DNA from: Candidatus Omnitrophota bacterium
Lineage (GTDB): Bacteria; Ratteibacteria; UBA8468; MWAK01
DNA length: 64,000 nucleotides
Direction: 5' to 3'
Assembly: GCA_043826355.1 (NCBI GenBank)
Contig: JBDRQI010000030.1
Location: 1-64,000, forward strand
Positions 17,946 through 27,943 of this stretch are shown here, piece after piece. Position numbers and translations under genes: made by a program. Position 1 is the first letter of the stretch; each line of letters begins with the position of its first letter. The notes under the pieces are model-generated. The model had not been told where the DNA came from, ran no database searches, and saw only the letters and a list, made by a program, of their open reading frames with translations.

Positions 17946-18491
17946 TGTCCCTGCGGTAACCTCGGTAATCCCCGGAAATCCTGCCGCTGCCCGGCCAGCC
18001 AGATCGCCAAATACCGCAGTAAACTCTCCGGTCCGCTTTTGGACCGGATCGACCTGCACGTGGAGGTTCCGCCGGTGCCGTACTCGGATTTGGGCGATAA
18101 CCGTCCGTCCGGCGAAAGTTCCCGGATAATCCGTGACCGGGTTCAGTCTGTCCGGCAGGTCCAGGCAGAGCGCTATGGTGGTTCTTCCTCCCTCTTTGCG
18201 CCAAAGGCGCACTCGCCTCTGGCGAGGACGGGGGAGGCGAGGTGGGGGTGTGGTTGTACCAATGCTTCCCTTACCGGTCGCCAGATTAAAGAATATTGCC
18301 CGCTTACCCCGGAGGCCGATAACCTCTTGAAGACCGCCATGGAAAGGTTTTCTTTAAGCGCCCGTTCCTACGATAAATTGAAGAAAGTGGGCCGCACCAT
18401 CGCGGACCTGGATAGTTCCGAAAAGATAGAAATGGAGCATATCTCCGAGGCCATCCAGTATCGCGCCCTTGACCGGAAGGTGTGGGTGTAG
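17946..18491 (+). pseudogene. comM: 3' part of comM/yifB Mg-chelatase-like ATPase, interrupted by the element
   Basis: CPCG...CRC, YRSKLSGPLLDRIDL, LSARSYDK..KVGRTIADL, HISEAIQYR; upstream sequence is not comM-like. Confidence 0.92.
18184..18250. repeat. REP-like composite palindrome inserted in frame in comM
   Basis: CCTCCC...GGGAGG..GGTGGGGG frame enclosing GCGCC/GGCGC and CTCGCC/GGCGAG hairpins; related to 38348-38406. Confidence 0.7.
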
Positions 18492-18519
18492 GGATGGTGT
18501 ATAATATGGACGGAAATCC

Positions 18520-18864
18520 ATGATGCGGATTATTAATGATAAAATTTCCATTGCGGACCTAAAAATAATAGCCGAAGAAATGTTCGGTAATCTGGTCAAA
18601 GCCGTGGTTGATGTGGAAAAAAGACTTATGGCTATCGGCGGCGAACTTCATTCGGACGAAGAAGCATTGCTGCTTGAAAACGGTTCCAAGCAAAAAGACC
18701 TTTGGGGGATTAATATCTATCCCAAGATTGAAGATGAAGGGTGGGTTGAGTTTGATTCTCTGATAAATCTGCGGCCGTCACAAGGGAATCGTACCCGCGG
18801 GGTTAATAATCCGGAAATTAGAGGAAAAATAATAGAAATAGTCAATGGTTTAATAGAAAAATGA
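18520..18864 (+). CDS. DUF5674-like protein
   Basis: KAVVDVEK...GGELHSDEEALLL.NGSKQ.DLWG.N, FDSLINLRP.QGN. Confidence 0.8.
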   Translation: MMRIINDKISIADLKIIAEEMFGNLVKAVVDVEKRLMAIGGELHSDEEALLLENGSKQKDLWGINIYPKIEDEGWVEFDSLINLRPSQGNRTRGVNNPEIRGKIIEIVNGLIEK

Positions 18865-19205
18865 ATTACCAACACAAAGAATTGGCTGCCGGACGGTGGT
18901 TTAAGCTGACCTTTTTTGAACAGATGGCCAATCTTGGAAGCGAGGTTGGACGAGCGATTATCTGGAAGAATAAGAATGATGAATACCGTATTAAGTCTCT
19001 GGAACGCGCTTTGGAACTTTTAGATTTGACTATTGACGATGTCAGGAATAGAGCACGTTTGAAAGAACTGACCCGTCTGCGGGAGGTGTTGGTTGACCAC
19101 TTCTATTTTGATAACCAATACTCTTCGTCTGACAGGTTATGGCAGAATTATTTTTACGCTTTTGGTTATGCCGCCAATTTGAATAAGGGCAGTGTAAGCG
19201 TTTAG
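18861..19205 (+). CDS. Conserved hypothetical helical protein
   Basis: GRW..L..EQMANLGSEV.RA, ERALELLDLT, ELTRLRE; ATGA-coupled to the previous gene. Confidence 0.75.
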   Translation: MNYQHKELAAGRWFKLTFFEQMANLGSEVGRAIIWKNKNDEYRIKSLERALELLDLTIDDVRNRARLKELTRLREVLVDHFYFDNQYSSSDRLWQNYFYAFGYAANLNKGSVSV

Positions 19206-19364
19206 TCCTTGTGCCTCTCGGTTCTCCAGTATCCCCCCTGTGTTCAGATGGACGGGCGTGCATTTTTGTCCGGCTGACTTGTGCAAAATTGTAATAAATA
19301 TCATTTTTGGAGTGAAAAATATCTGGCAAATAAATTGCACTCTTTTTGAAGTAAGGGGGAAATT

Positions 19365-21068
19365 TTGAAAAAAATAAAAGAGATTAAGCAGAGCGAATTA
19401 TTGACTGAAGTTGGAAAGATAATCTCTTCCGACCTTGACCTGAGCACCATTCTGAACGCCATCATAAAGACGGTTGCCGTCGGTCTTAAATCCGAAATAG
19501 CCTCGCTTATGCTTTTGGATGAAGATGCCGGTGAATTACGGATAGAGGCCAGCTACGGCTTGCCTTATGAGATTGTAAGAAACGTGCGCCTGAAATTAGA
19601 CGGGGAAAGTATCTCCTGCTGGGTCGCCCGGACCGGGGACCCGGTGATGTTATCCGGAGAGGTTAAGGATGACAGGTTTAGGGGTGTTAATTCCAGGATT
19701 AAATCGGCCATTTCCGTTCCGCTTAGGCTCAGGGATGAGATAATCGGGGTGATTAACGTTTCCAATGCGGAAAAAAGCATCTCCTTTACCAAAGAAGACC
19801 TTGATTTGCTGGTCTTAATCGCCAATCAGTCGGCTGCCCTGGTAAAGAGCTTGAAACTCCAGAGACTGCTCTATGCCCGAACCCAAAAACTGGAGGTTCT
19901 GGAACAGATTTCCAGTATGATAAACTCTCTTTTTGATTCCCGGGAACTGCTCCGGAGTATTACCGCCGCCGCCGTTGAATTATTGATTGCCAAGGGCGGA
20001 TTTTCTTTTCTTGAGTCCGAAGGGAAGGTTGCTCTTTCGACCGAATATGTTTCCCGGTCCGGTCCGACAGAAGCAAGCACGGAAATTTTTTTGAAAATCG
20101 CTTCCCGCGTTATTAAGCAGGGAACCTCCGCTTCTTTTTCCTACGACTCGGAAGATAAAGAGGTTAAAGAATTTTTTTCCCAAAACCGGATGAGTTTCGT
20201 TCTTTGCTGTCCGTTCAAATCCAAGACGGATACCCTGGGTTCGCTGCTGGTCTTTCGGGAATTTCCCGAGAACAAGTTCACCAGAGACGAGGTTTCTTTC
20301 TTTGAGACGATTTCCCGGATAACCGGAATTGCGCTCTCCAACGCCATCTTGTACGAAAATCTTCTGAAAAAGCATCAGGAATTGGAGAAGGCGCAGCAGG
20401 GGCTCATCCTTCAGGAAAGGATAGTTTCGCTGGCGGAACTTTCCGGAAGCATAGCCCACGAATTGAAAAATCCCATAACGGTCATCCTGGGTTTTGCCGA
20501 ACTGGTTGAGATGGGCGCGGAAGACCCGAGAGAAGCCATTAAGAAGACGAAAGAGCATGCCACCAGGGCTTTTCAGATTATCGAGGGACTGAAACGCCTG
20601 AGCCAGAACAAGCCGCCGGAGCCCAGGCCGGTTGATTTAAACTCCATTCTCGATGCTTCGCTGGCTTTGCTTCATTACCGGTTTACAAAGGAGAGCGTGG
20701 AATTGAGAAGGAATTTTCACGAACCGAAGCTTTCTGTTCTGGCCGATGAAGTACAATTCCAGCAGATATTCATGAACCTTATCAGCAATGGGATAGACGC
20801 GCTTCAGGAAACTAAGACGATAACGGTAGAGACACGGCTGGCGGGAGAAAGAGCGATTGTCAGGATTACAGACAGCGGCAGCGGAATCCCGCCGGAGAAT
20901 ATTGAAACTGTTTTTCAACCGTTTTTTACCACCAAAAAAGAAGGTTCCGGCCTGGGTCTGGCAATCGTAAAGGACTTGGTCAAAGCGAACCTGGGGGAGA
21001 TATCGTTGCAAAGTAAAGCGGGTACGGGCACAACCTTTACCGTTTCCTTCCCTTTTCAGGGGAATTAG
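19365..21068 (+). CDS. GAF-GAF sensor histidine kinase
   Basis: Two GAF domains, H-box AHELKNP, N-box NLISNG, DSGSG and GSGLGL. Confidence 0.92.
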   Translation: MKKIKEIKQSELLTEVGKIISSDLDLSTILNAIIKTVAVGLKSEIASLMLLDEDAGELRIEASYGLPYEIVRNVRLKLDGESISCWVARTGDPVMLSGEVKDDRFRGVNSRIKSAISVPLRLRDEIIGVINVSNAEKSISFTKEDLDLLVLIANQSAALVKSLKLQRLLYARTQKLEVLEQISSMINSLFDSRELLRSITAAAVELLIAKGGFSFLESEGKVALSTEYVSRSGPTEASTEIFLKIASRVIKQGTSASFSYDSEDKEVKEFFSQNRMSFVLCCPFKSKTDTLGSLLVFREFPENKFTRDEVSFFETISRITGIALSNAILYENLLKKHQELEKAQQGLILQERIVSLAELSGSIAHELKNPITVILGFAELVEMGAEDPREAIKKTKEHATRAFQIIEGLKRLSQNKPPEPRPVDLNSILDASLALLHYRFTKESVELRRNFHEPKLSVLADEVQFQQIFMNLISNGIDALQETKTITVETRLAGERAIVRITDSGSGIPPENIETVFQPFFTTKKEGSGLGLAIVKDLVKANLGEISLQSKAGTGTTFTVSFPFQGN

Positions 21069-21140
21069 GGACAACCCCTTAATTTCCCAGTTCCTGCATT
21101 TTGCCTCCCCCTTGTTTGATGTGGTATTATCTATCCGGAT

Positions 21141-22625
21141 ATGAAAAAGAGAAACAGGCCGGTTTTACTGGTCCTGGCAGGGCTGGTTGGCGCGGCCGCC
21201 TTTTTTGCTGGTTATTGCCTTCCGGAACTGTCCGGTAATTATCTTGCCTGGCGGGTGAAATCCGGCAGTAAGGGCAAGGTGCAGTTGTTGCGTCCGGTCT
21301 TCCATTCGGGACCCGGGCTGACCGTGGAGGAAATCGTTCTTGCCGATTGGAACAAGCCGCCGTTTTCGTTTTCCGTTACTGACCTTACCGTTCAAAACCT
21401 GACCGCCAACCCGGTTTTAAAACCGGTTTTAATCGTCCTGGCCGCAAAAGGAAAGGTTGGTTCTGCTAATTCGGAACAGTTAAAGATAAACGGACGGATA
21501 ACCGGTAATTTTCTCACCGGTTCCTATGAGGTTTCAAACCTGAAAGTAAGGATTGAAAATATTGGTGAAATCTCTGTCTCCGGCCGCATTGAAACCAGGG
21601 GAACGGAGAACAGCCGGATTTCCATAAATTTGGCCGGTTTTTCCCTGGCGGAACTGAAAAAATCACTTGGTTTGACAACGCTTCCGGCGCAGGGCGGTTT
21701 GCAGGGTCAGGCGGTGTTGACCATCGCGCGTCCGGATGGCCAGTGGAAGGCCCAGCATCTTGAAGGCCGGGTCAGCTTTGCCGGTCTCCAGTTTGAAGAA
21801 CAGAAAATCTCACCTCTTTCCGGAGACGTGCAGGGGTTCTACGATTTTGCAACCGGTTCTGGTCAAATAAATTCGGCGCGTATCCTCACCCAGTCCGGCG
21901 GCAGTCTTTCCCTCTCCGGGAACATTACCAAAAAAGGTTTTGACCTCTCTTTTGCTTCTGACGGTCTTTACCTTGAGGATTTGATTGAAGCGCTGCCGGA
22001 CCCGGTTCGGGAAAAGATGGGATTAAAGATGGAAAAGATCGTCGGTAAAGCAGCCTATGATCTGGAAAACGGAATCCTTGCTTCCAGCGCTTCATTTTCG
22101 TTTTATAAGGCGGCTGGAAACGGAGACATTTCGGTCCGGCGTTCCGAAAACGGAAAGCCTTCAACCACCGGTCATTTAAATCTGGCCGGACTTGACCTTC
22201 TTTCGCTTTTAACCGTTTATGGTAACGGCGCGCAGATGTCCGGAATCGCCAACCTTGATTATACTTTTCAAGCCGGGGAAACCGGCCTGGAATCCTGGTA
22301 TGCCCTTCTTGAGACCGTGCCGGTGAGAGGTGTCCGCCAGTACCTGAATGTCCACGCTTTGAAAGCGCTGGTGGCGCTAAGCACCGGTTCTCCGGTTGGG
22401 TTCTTGGCCGGGAAAGATTATGGATACCGAAAATTAAAGGCAGCCGTTACCTACCGGGACGGACTATTGAGCATTGAGGGCCTTGCCCGGAAGGAGAAGG
22501 GCAGGGATTACATTCTTTTGGGGAATACCCTGGGTTACACGGTCAATATCTCCATGGACCCCAGGGGCAACACGATAAACCTGGACGATTTGAAACAGCG
22601 TCTTGGCCAGGTTTTCAGCAATTAA
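21141..22625 (+). CDS. AsmA/YdbH-like envelope protein
   Basis: N-terminal TM and long amphipathic beta repeats; followed by a YdbL-like gene. Confidence 0.55.
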   Translation: MKKRNRPVLLVLAGLVGAAAFFAGYCLPELSGNYLAWRVKSGSKGKVQLLRPVFHSGPGLTVEEIVLADWNKPPFSFSVTDLTVQNLTANPVLKPVLIVLAAKGKVGSANSEQLKINGRITGNFLTGSYEVSNLKVRIENIGEISVSGRIETRGTENSRISINLAGFSLAELKKSLGLTTLPAQGGLQGQAVLTIARPDGQWKAQHLEGRVSFAGLQFEEQKISPLSGDVQGFYDFATGSGQINSARILTQSGGSLSLSGNITKKGFDLSFASDGLYLEDLIEALPDPVREKMGLKMEKIVGKAAYDLENGILASSASFSFYKAAGNGDISVRRSENGKPSTTGHLNLAGLDLLSLLTVYGNGAQMSGIANLDYTFQAGETGLESWYALLETVPVRGVRQYLNVHALKALVALSTGSPVGFLAGKDYGYRKLKAAVTYRDGLLSIEGLARKEKGRDYILLGNTLGYTVNISMDPRGNTINLDDLKQRLGQVFSN

Positions 22626-22640
22626 TGCAAATAATTTGAC

Positions 22641-22728
22641 GCAGGGGTCGGATTCACCGCGTCCGCCGCAGCCCTGGCAGGGAGGGTCCGACCCGAAAAG
22701 AGCGGGCGCGATGAACCGCGCCCCTACA
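22641..22728. repeat. GTAG-type REP pair
   Basis: GCAGGGGTCGGATTCA...GGGCGCGATGAACCGCGCCCCTACA; related copy at 57481. Confidence 0.7.
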
Positions 22729-22756
22729 TTTTTACGTGATATATTCGGAGGGAAAA

Positions 22757-23356
22757 ATGCGGAAAAGCGGATTAATTTTTGGATTGGCTTTGCTGTTGGT
22801 TGGTTGTGTGGCAGTTAATGTTTACGTTACTTTCCCCCAGGAAAAGCTTGATAAGGCGATGGAGGGATTGGAACTGCAGGTTCAGCCGGTTGCTCCTTCC
22901 CCGGTGATTCCCAAAAAGCAGAGCCGTTTGAGCCCCTGGCGTTTTCTGGGACCGGCGCCTCTTTATGCGCAAACGGTTGTTACTTCGGAAGTTAAGACCA
23001 CGTCTTCGGTCATTGAGGAGGCAAAGGCGAGGCGCATAGAACGTTTTTCCGATATTCAGGGCTACAAAGATAAAAAGGTGCTCGGCGAGAACAACGAGGG
23101 ACTCCTGGATATACGGTCAACCGAAGAACTGGATGGAAAAGAAGTGTTGGCGCTTCGGAAAATGGTAAGAGAGGAGAATAACGACCGGATGGCAATTTAC
23201 CGGGATGTAGTTCAAATTAACAAGATGGCTTCGGCGGAGATTAAGCGTGTCCAAGCAGCAGCTGCCAAGGCCAACCGGAAACTGGCAAAAGAGGGTGAAT
23301 GGATTCAGGATGAAAACGGCGCCTGGCAGCTAAAAAAGCCCGAAACCAAAAAGTAA
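22757..23356 (+). CDS. YdbL/DUF1318-like lipoprotein
   Basis: Lipobox LVGC, LGENNEGLL, ENNDR..IY, GEWIQ..G.W. Confidence 0.8.
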   Translation: MRKSGLIFGLALLLVGCVAVNVYVTFPQEKLDKAMEGLELQVQPVAPSPVIPKKQSRLSPWRFLGPAPLYAQTVVTSEVKTTSSVIEEAKARRIERFSDIQGYKDKKVLGENNEGLLDIRSTEELDGKEVLALRKMVREENNDRMAIYRDVVQINKMASAEIKRVQAAAAKANRKLAKEGEWIQDENGAWQLKKPETKK

Positions 23357-23407
23357 CGCTGCCGGAGGCCGCTATGTCGGGTAACCCTGCGCTTTAAATA
23401 TAAAAGA

Positions 23408-24583
23408 ATGAGAGAAAGCAGCGATAAAAAACTGCTGTGGGGTCTCTTTTTTTTGGCTCTGCTGCTGCGACTCATTTTTGTTGTTCTACTGCCGCTATCC
23501 GCCGGCGATTCATCGGAGTATGATGATTATGCCCTGCGCCTTTTGAGCGGTCTGGGTTTTTCCACCAGCCTGAACCGGCCGCCGATGTATCCCGTCTTTC
23601 TGGCGGGTGTCTATCTTTTTTTCGGCCACAGTTTTTTGGCGGTAAGGATTGTCCAGGCTCTTTTGGGTTCGGTTACCTGCCTCTTTGCCTTTTTTATCGG
23701 CAAAAGGGTCTTCGGGGACAAAAAACCGGCTTTGCTGGGAGGGTTGCTGACTGCGGTTTCTCCTTCTCTGGTTGCCTCCACTTCTTATATCCTGACGGAA
23801 ACCCTGACCGCGTTTTTAGTGACTGCGGCCGTCCTTTTGTTGATGAAGGCCCGGGCAGAGAAAAAAAAGGGGGGGTGGTTGTTCTCGGGCGTTGTTTTAG
23901 GGCTGGCAACCCTGACCCGGCCGGTTACCATTCTTTTCCCCTTCTTTCTGCTGGCAGGGTTTCTCATTTTTTCGCAAAAAAAGGCAAGAGACACTTTTTT
24001 TGTCATCATATTCTGTTTGGGAATGGCTCTTCCAATTTTGCCCTGGACAATAAGGAATGCCGTTGTCTTTAAGCATTTTATCCCGGTATCCGTCGGGAGC
24101 GGTTTTAATCTCTGGGTGGGCAGTTATCTTCCCTGGAACGGTGATTATAACTGGAAAAATTTAAGCGATTCGGAAGAATTAGTTAAAGGGCTTTCGCAGA
24201 TTGAAGCGGACCGAAAGTTTTTTGCGGAAGGGGTAAAAAATATTAAACAGCACCCGGCGGCTTACGCGTTACTCTGCGTGAAAAAGGTTGGCCGGTTCTG
24301 GCTGCAGGTTCCGGGAGGGAAACAGGTTCTGGACAAAAGACCGGCGGCAAAAATACTGATTTTTACCTTTCAATATCTCTTACTTCTCCTCTTTTTTCTT
24401 GGGGTGTTTTTTGTCTGGAAGGAGCGGAATGCCCGGGTTTGCATCCCGGTTTTGATGATATTTTATTTTACCTTTGCTCACCTGTTTTTGCTGGCGATTC
24501 CGCGTTATCATCTTCCGGTTTTACCGTTGATCGCCGCGATTGCTGGCGGCGGCCTGAAAAGATTACGTCTGGAAAAAGGATGA
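23408..24583 (+). CDS. ArnT/PMT-family (GT-C) glycosyltransferase
   Basis: DS.EY, RPPMYP, LTE, TRP, PWTIRN, PRY; multi-TM. Confidence 0.85.
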   Translation: MRESSDKKLLWGLFFLALLLRLIFVVLLPLSAGDSSEYDDYALRLLSGLGFSTSLNRPPMYPVFLAGVYLFFGHSFLAVRIVQALLGSVTCLFAFFIGKRVFGDKKPALLGGLLTAVSPSLVASTSYILTETLTAFLVTAAVLLLMKARAEKKKGGWLFSGVVLGLATLTRPVTILFPFFLLAGFLIFSQKKARDTFFVIIFCLGMALPILPWTIRNAVVFKHFIPVSVGSGFNLWVGSYLPWNGDYNWKNLSDSEELVKGLSQIEADRKFFAEGVKNIKQHPAAYALLCVKKVGRFWLQVPGGKQVLDKRPAAKILIFTFQYLLLLLFFLGVFFVWKERNARVCIPVLMIFYFTFAHLFLLAIPRYHLPVLPLIAAIAGGGLKRLRLEKG

Positions 24584-25272
24584 AAATTTCCGTTATTATC
24601 CCGGCACGCAACGAAGAAGGGACAATGGCCGAGATTATCCGGCGCGTGAAAGCGGTTGATCTTGCCAAAGAAATTATTGTAATTGACGATGGCTCTACCG
24701 ATAAGACCGGGCATATTTTAGACCGGATCAGCCGGGAGCCTGACCCGGATAATCCGATTAAGGTTATCCGGCATCTTCAGAATCAGGGGAAGGGTGCGGC
24801 TGTCCGCGCCGGTCTGAAGGAAGCGACCGGCGACATCGTCATTATCCAGGATGCGGACCTGGAATACGACCCGCAGGATTACGCCGGACTGATTCAGCCG
24901 ATTATCGATGGGAAAACAAGCGTTGTTTACGGTTCCCGGTGTCGGGGCAAAAACAAAATTTCTTCGCCCGGTTTTTTTCTGGGAGGAAAACTGCTTTCTT
25001 TCTTAACCAACCTTCTTTACCGGGCCGGAATTACCGATGAGCCCACTTGTTATAAAGTTTTCCGGCGGGAAGTCCTGCAGAGAGTAGATTTAAAATGCCG
25101 GCGGTTTGAATTTTGTCCCGAGGTTACGGCCAAGGTGCGGAAAAAAGGATATAAAATATGTGAAGTGCCGATTCGCTATTATCCCCGGAAGATAAAAGAG
25201 GGAAAGAAGATTAGATTTTCCGACGGTCTTTCCGCCGTTTGGACCCTGGTCAAATACCGTTTTGTTGATTGA
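24580..25272 (+). CDS. GT2 polyprenol-phosphate glycosyltransferase
   Basis: SVIIPARNE, DDGSTD, NQGKG, QDADLEYDP. Confidence 0.9.
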   Translation: MKISVIIPARNEEGTMAEIIRRVKAVDLAKEIIVIDDGSTDKTGHILDRISREPDPDNPIKVIRHLQNQGKGAAVRAGLKEATGDIVIIQDADLEYDPQDYAGLIQPIIDGKTSVVYGSRCRGKNKISSPGFFLGGKLLSFLTNLLYRAGITDEPTCYKVFRREVLQRVDLKCRRFEFCPEVTAKVRKKGYKICEVPIRYYPRKIKEGKKIRFSDGLSAVWTLVKYRFVD

Positions 25273-25305
25273 ATCAATATTCCTTATTTAATTTACGCGA
25301 GGTGT

Positions 25306-25752
25306 ATGTTGGGAAAACGAAGAAAAGGCAGGGAGTTGGCACTGCGGTGCCTCTATTCTCTGGAAGTGTTTCCTACCGGGGGGGCTGAGAAACGCTTGGC
25401 GGATATCAGCCGGGAAGAAGGGGCGGAGAAAACGACGCAGGCATTCGCCTGGGAACTATTATCCGGCGTTAAGGAAAACCAGGACTATTTTGACCGGCTC
25501 ATCTCCCGGTACGCAACCAACTGGTCTCTGGACCGGGTGGCGGTTATCGACCGCAATATCCTGCGCCTTTCTCTTTACGAAATGCTCGGGCAGAACAAGG
25601 AGATACCGCCGGCGGTTTGTATTGATGAAGCGGTTGAACTGGCCAAGACTTACGGCAGTGATGATTCCTACCGTTTTATCAACGGAATTTTAAACAAGGT
25701 CAAGGAAGACCATAATTTGGGAAAGATAGATTTTCCACGAAAAGGTCCATGA
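25306..25752 (+). CDS. nusB: Transcription antitermination factor NusB
   Basis: RRKGRELA, DRNILR, IDEAVELAK.YG, FINGIL. Confidence 0.95.
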   Translation: MLGKRRKGRELALRCLYSLEVFPTGGAEKRLADISREEGAEKTTQAFAWELLSGVKENQDYFDRLISRYATNWSLDRVAVIDRNILRLSLYEMLGQNKEIPPAVCIDEAVELAKTYGSDDSYRFINGILNKVKEDHNLGKIDFPRKGP

Positions 25753-27541
25753 ATCCCTTCTCGTGGAAAAGTTCCACGTAACGGCAAACCACCGGAATAT
25801 TTTCTGCCTCATCCTTCATGTCCTGGGACAAGAGCATCATCTTGGAACCGGTAAGCGCGGTATTTCCCACAAAACGAATCTTTTCCAGCGGAACCGGTGG
25901 GAGCAGCCCCAGCCGTAAAGCCGTTTCCGGGTCGATATAGGAACCGAAGGCGCCGGCCAGTAAAATTTCATCCAATTCGGCAAGAGAGATGGGAATTTTT
26001 GCCAGCAGAGTTTGAATTCCGGCGGCGATTGCGGCCTTAGCCAGTTGTAACTGCCGGATGTCTTTCTGGAAGATGGCGATACCGGTTTCCGGAGACAGCA
26101 CGAACCGGCGCTCTCCTTTTTCTGTCTGCAGCCGGTCAAGAATTTCTTTCGGCAGGCCGGCTAAATCTTCCCTGGATTTCAGGCGGCCGTCTTCGCTGAT
26201 TATCCGGCAGCGCAGGAGTTCGCCGATCCCTTCCACCAGGCCGGTTCCGCAGATGCCCCGCGGTGTTTTTTCCATGATGGTACTGAACAGAACACGTTCG
26301 GTAATCTTAACTTTGTCAATGGCGCCTGGTTCCGCCCGCATTCCAAAATGGATGTTGGCGCCTTCAAAGGCAGGTCCGGCCGCCGCGGAAGTGCACCAGA
26401 CGCCTTCCCGGTTTCCGACCACAATCTCGCCGTTGGTTCCAATGTCAATAAAGAGGCGCAAGGCTCTTTCGTGATGCTGATTGGTTGCCAGGATACCGGC
26501 CACCGTATCCCCGCCGACAAATCCGCTGATGAGCGGTCCCACCCGGAGGACTGCATCGTGGTTGACGGCCAGCCCCAGTTTTTTTGCCGGCAGGCTGATG
26601 GAACCTTGATGGACGCCGACGTAAGGGCTGGTAGCCAGGGCTCCTGCCGGCAGTCCCAGGAAAAGGTGTTCCATGGCCGTATTGCCGACCAGCATGATTT
26701 CGTAAATATTTTCCGGACTGACACCGGATTTTTGACAGAGTTCGGTGATAATTTCATTAAAACTCTCGACGACCACTTGTTGAAGAGTTTCCGAACCGTT
26801 CTTTTCGGTGATGGTGTGGTTGATTCGGCTGATCACATCGGCGCCGTATGCTGATTGGGGGTTTAACCGGGAAGACACGGCTATTTCCCGGGCGCTGCCG
26901 ATATCAAGCAACGAACCGACGATGGTGGTGGTGCCCAGGTCAAAGGCCAGGCCAAAAGATTGGCCGGCGGTGTCACCGGGTTCAACGGAAATCAGGCGTT
27001 TTTCCTCCAGAACCGCTGTTATTTTGAAATCACTGGTTCTCAGTATGGCCGGCAACCGCCGAAGCAGGTAGATACTGGCGGTAAGATCGTTTTCTTTGAA
27101 TCCGGAAGAGGTTGAAATCGCCGATTTCATTCTTTCCCAGTCGGGCCGCTGGTCTTCAATGGTGGGCGGCTGTAATTGGAGGTAGTATTTTCGGATGGAG
27201 GTGTGGACTTTAATGTCCCGGGTAAGTCCGGAGACCAGGATTTTAAGGTTGAAAAAGCGGGATTCCGGCGGTACCAGGACGGTCAAATCAGAATCAATGA
27301 TTTTCGTCTGGCAGGCTAACCGGTAACCTTCTTTGAGCCGTTCCGGCGTTATGTGTTTCTTTTCTGATTCATTCGGCGCCGGCGCCGGTTCCACCTTTAC
27401 CTGGCACTTACCGCAGGTTCCGCGGCCGCCGCAGAAAGCGGTAATGCCGATGTTCGCCCGTCGGGCCAGTTCCAGCACTGTCAGGCCGGGTAGACCGGAA
27501 GACACAATCCCTTCCGGTTGAAAGAGTACTTTAAAATCCAT
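25700..27541 (-). CDS. 2Fe-2S/ASKHA reductive activator of corrinoid proteins (RACo/DUF4445)
   Basis: CGGRGTCGKC...RLACQ, DLGTTT, GADVISRI, DIGTNGE, AGPAFEG, QLAKAAI, AGAFG. Confidence 0.9.
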   Translation of the reverse strand: MDFKVLFQPEGIVSSGLPGLTVLELARRANIGITAFCGGRGTCGKCQVKVEPAPAPNESEKKHITPERLKEGYRLACQTKIIDSDLTVLVPPESRFFNLKILVSGLTRDIKVHTSIRKYYLQLQPPTIEDQRPDWERMKSAISTSSGFKENDLTASIYLLRRLPAILRTSDFKITAVLEEKRLISVEPGDTAGQSFGLAFDLGTTTIVGSLLDIGSAREIAVSSRLNPQSAYGADVISRINHTITEKNGSETLQQVVVESFNEIITELCQKSGVSPENIYEIMLVGNTAMEHLFLGLPAGALATSPYVGVHQGSISLPAKKLGLAVNHDAVLRVGPLISGFVGGDTVAGILATNQHHERALRLFIDIGTNGEIVVGNREGVWCTSAAAGPAFEGANIHFGMRAEPGAIDKVKITERVLFSTIMEKTPRGICGTGLVEGIGELLRCRIISEDGRLKSREDLAGLPKEILDRLQTEKGERRFVLSPETGIAIFQKDIRQLQLAKAAIAAGIQTLLAKIPISLAELDEILLAGAFGSYIDPETALRLGLLPPVPLEKIRFVGNTALTGSKMMLLSQDMKDEAENIPVVCRYVELFHEKGFMDLFVENLSFPNYGLP

Positions 27542-27911
27542 AGGTTGCTTCCACAGCGCTCTTCATTCCGCCCCTGCTGCTGAACTCTCCGGTCACCCGG
27601 CCCCATTTTGGATTGGTGGCTGCAACCACATCTTTCAGGATGCGATTTACCGCATTTTCGTAAAATATGCCCAGGTTGCGGTAGGCGAGAAAATAAAGTT
27701 TCAGAGATTTTAACTCCAGACACCGCTTGTTTGGCTGATAACGAATAGTTATGGTGCCGAAATCCGGCAGTCCGGTTTTGGGACATACCGAGGTAAATTC
27801 CGGATAAACAATCGTGATTTCGTAACCGGGAAACTGGTTGGGCCAGGTTTCAATAACGGGCAGTTTTTCCGTGAGGCCTTTTTTCGCTTCTTTTGAGCCG
27901 TAGTTGGCCAT
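27531..27911 (-). CDS. queF: preQ0 reductase QueF (type I)
   Basis: EFTSVCPKTGLPDFG, LELKSLKLY, FYEN, RGG; ATG 27911. Confidence 0.93.
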   Translation of the reverse strand: MANYGSKEAKKGLTEKLPVIETWPNQFPGYEITIVYPEFTSVCPKTGLPDFGTITIRYQPNKRCLELKSLKLYFLAYRNLGIFYENAVNRILKDVVAATNPKWGRVTGEFSSRGGMKSAVEATYGF

Positions 27912-27943
27912 AATATTTATTATAACACATTTTCCGGAACTCG

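Noticed and set aside
17938..18204. N-terminal extension of the 240-aa minus ORF
   Set aside because: Antisense shadow of comM
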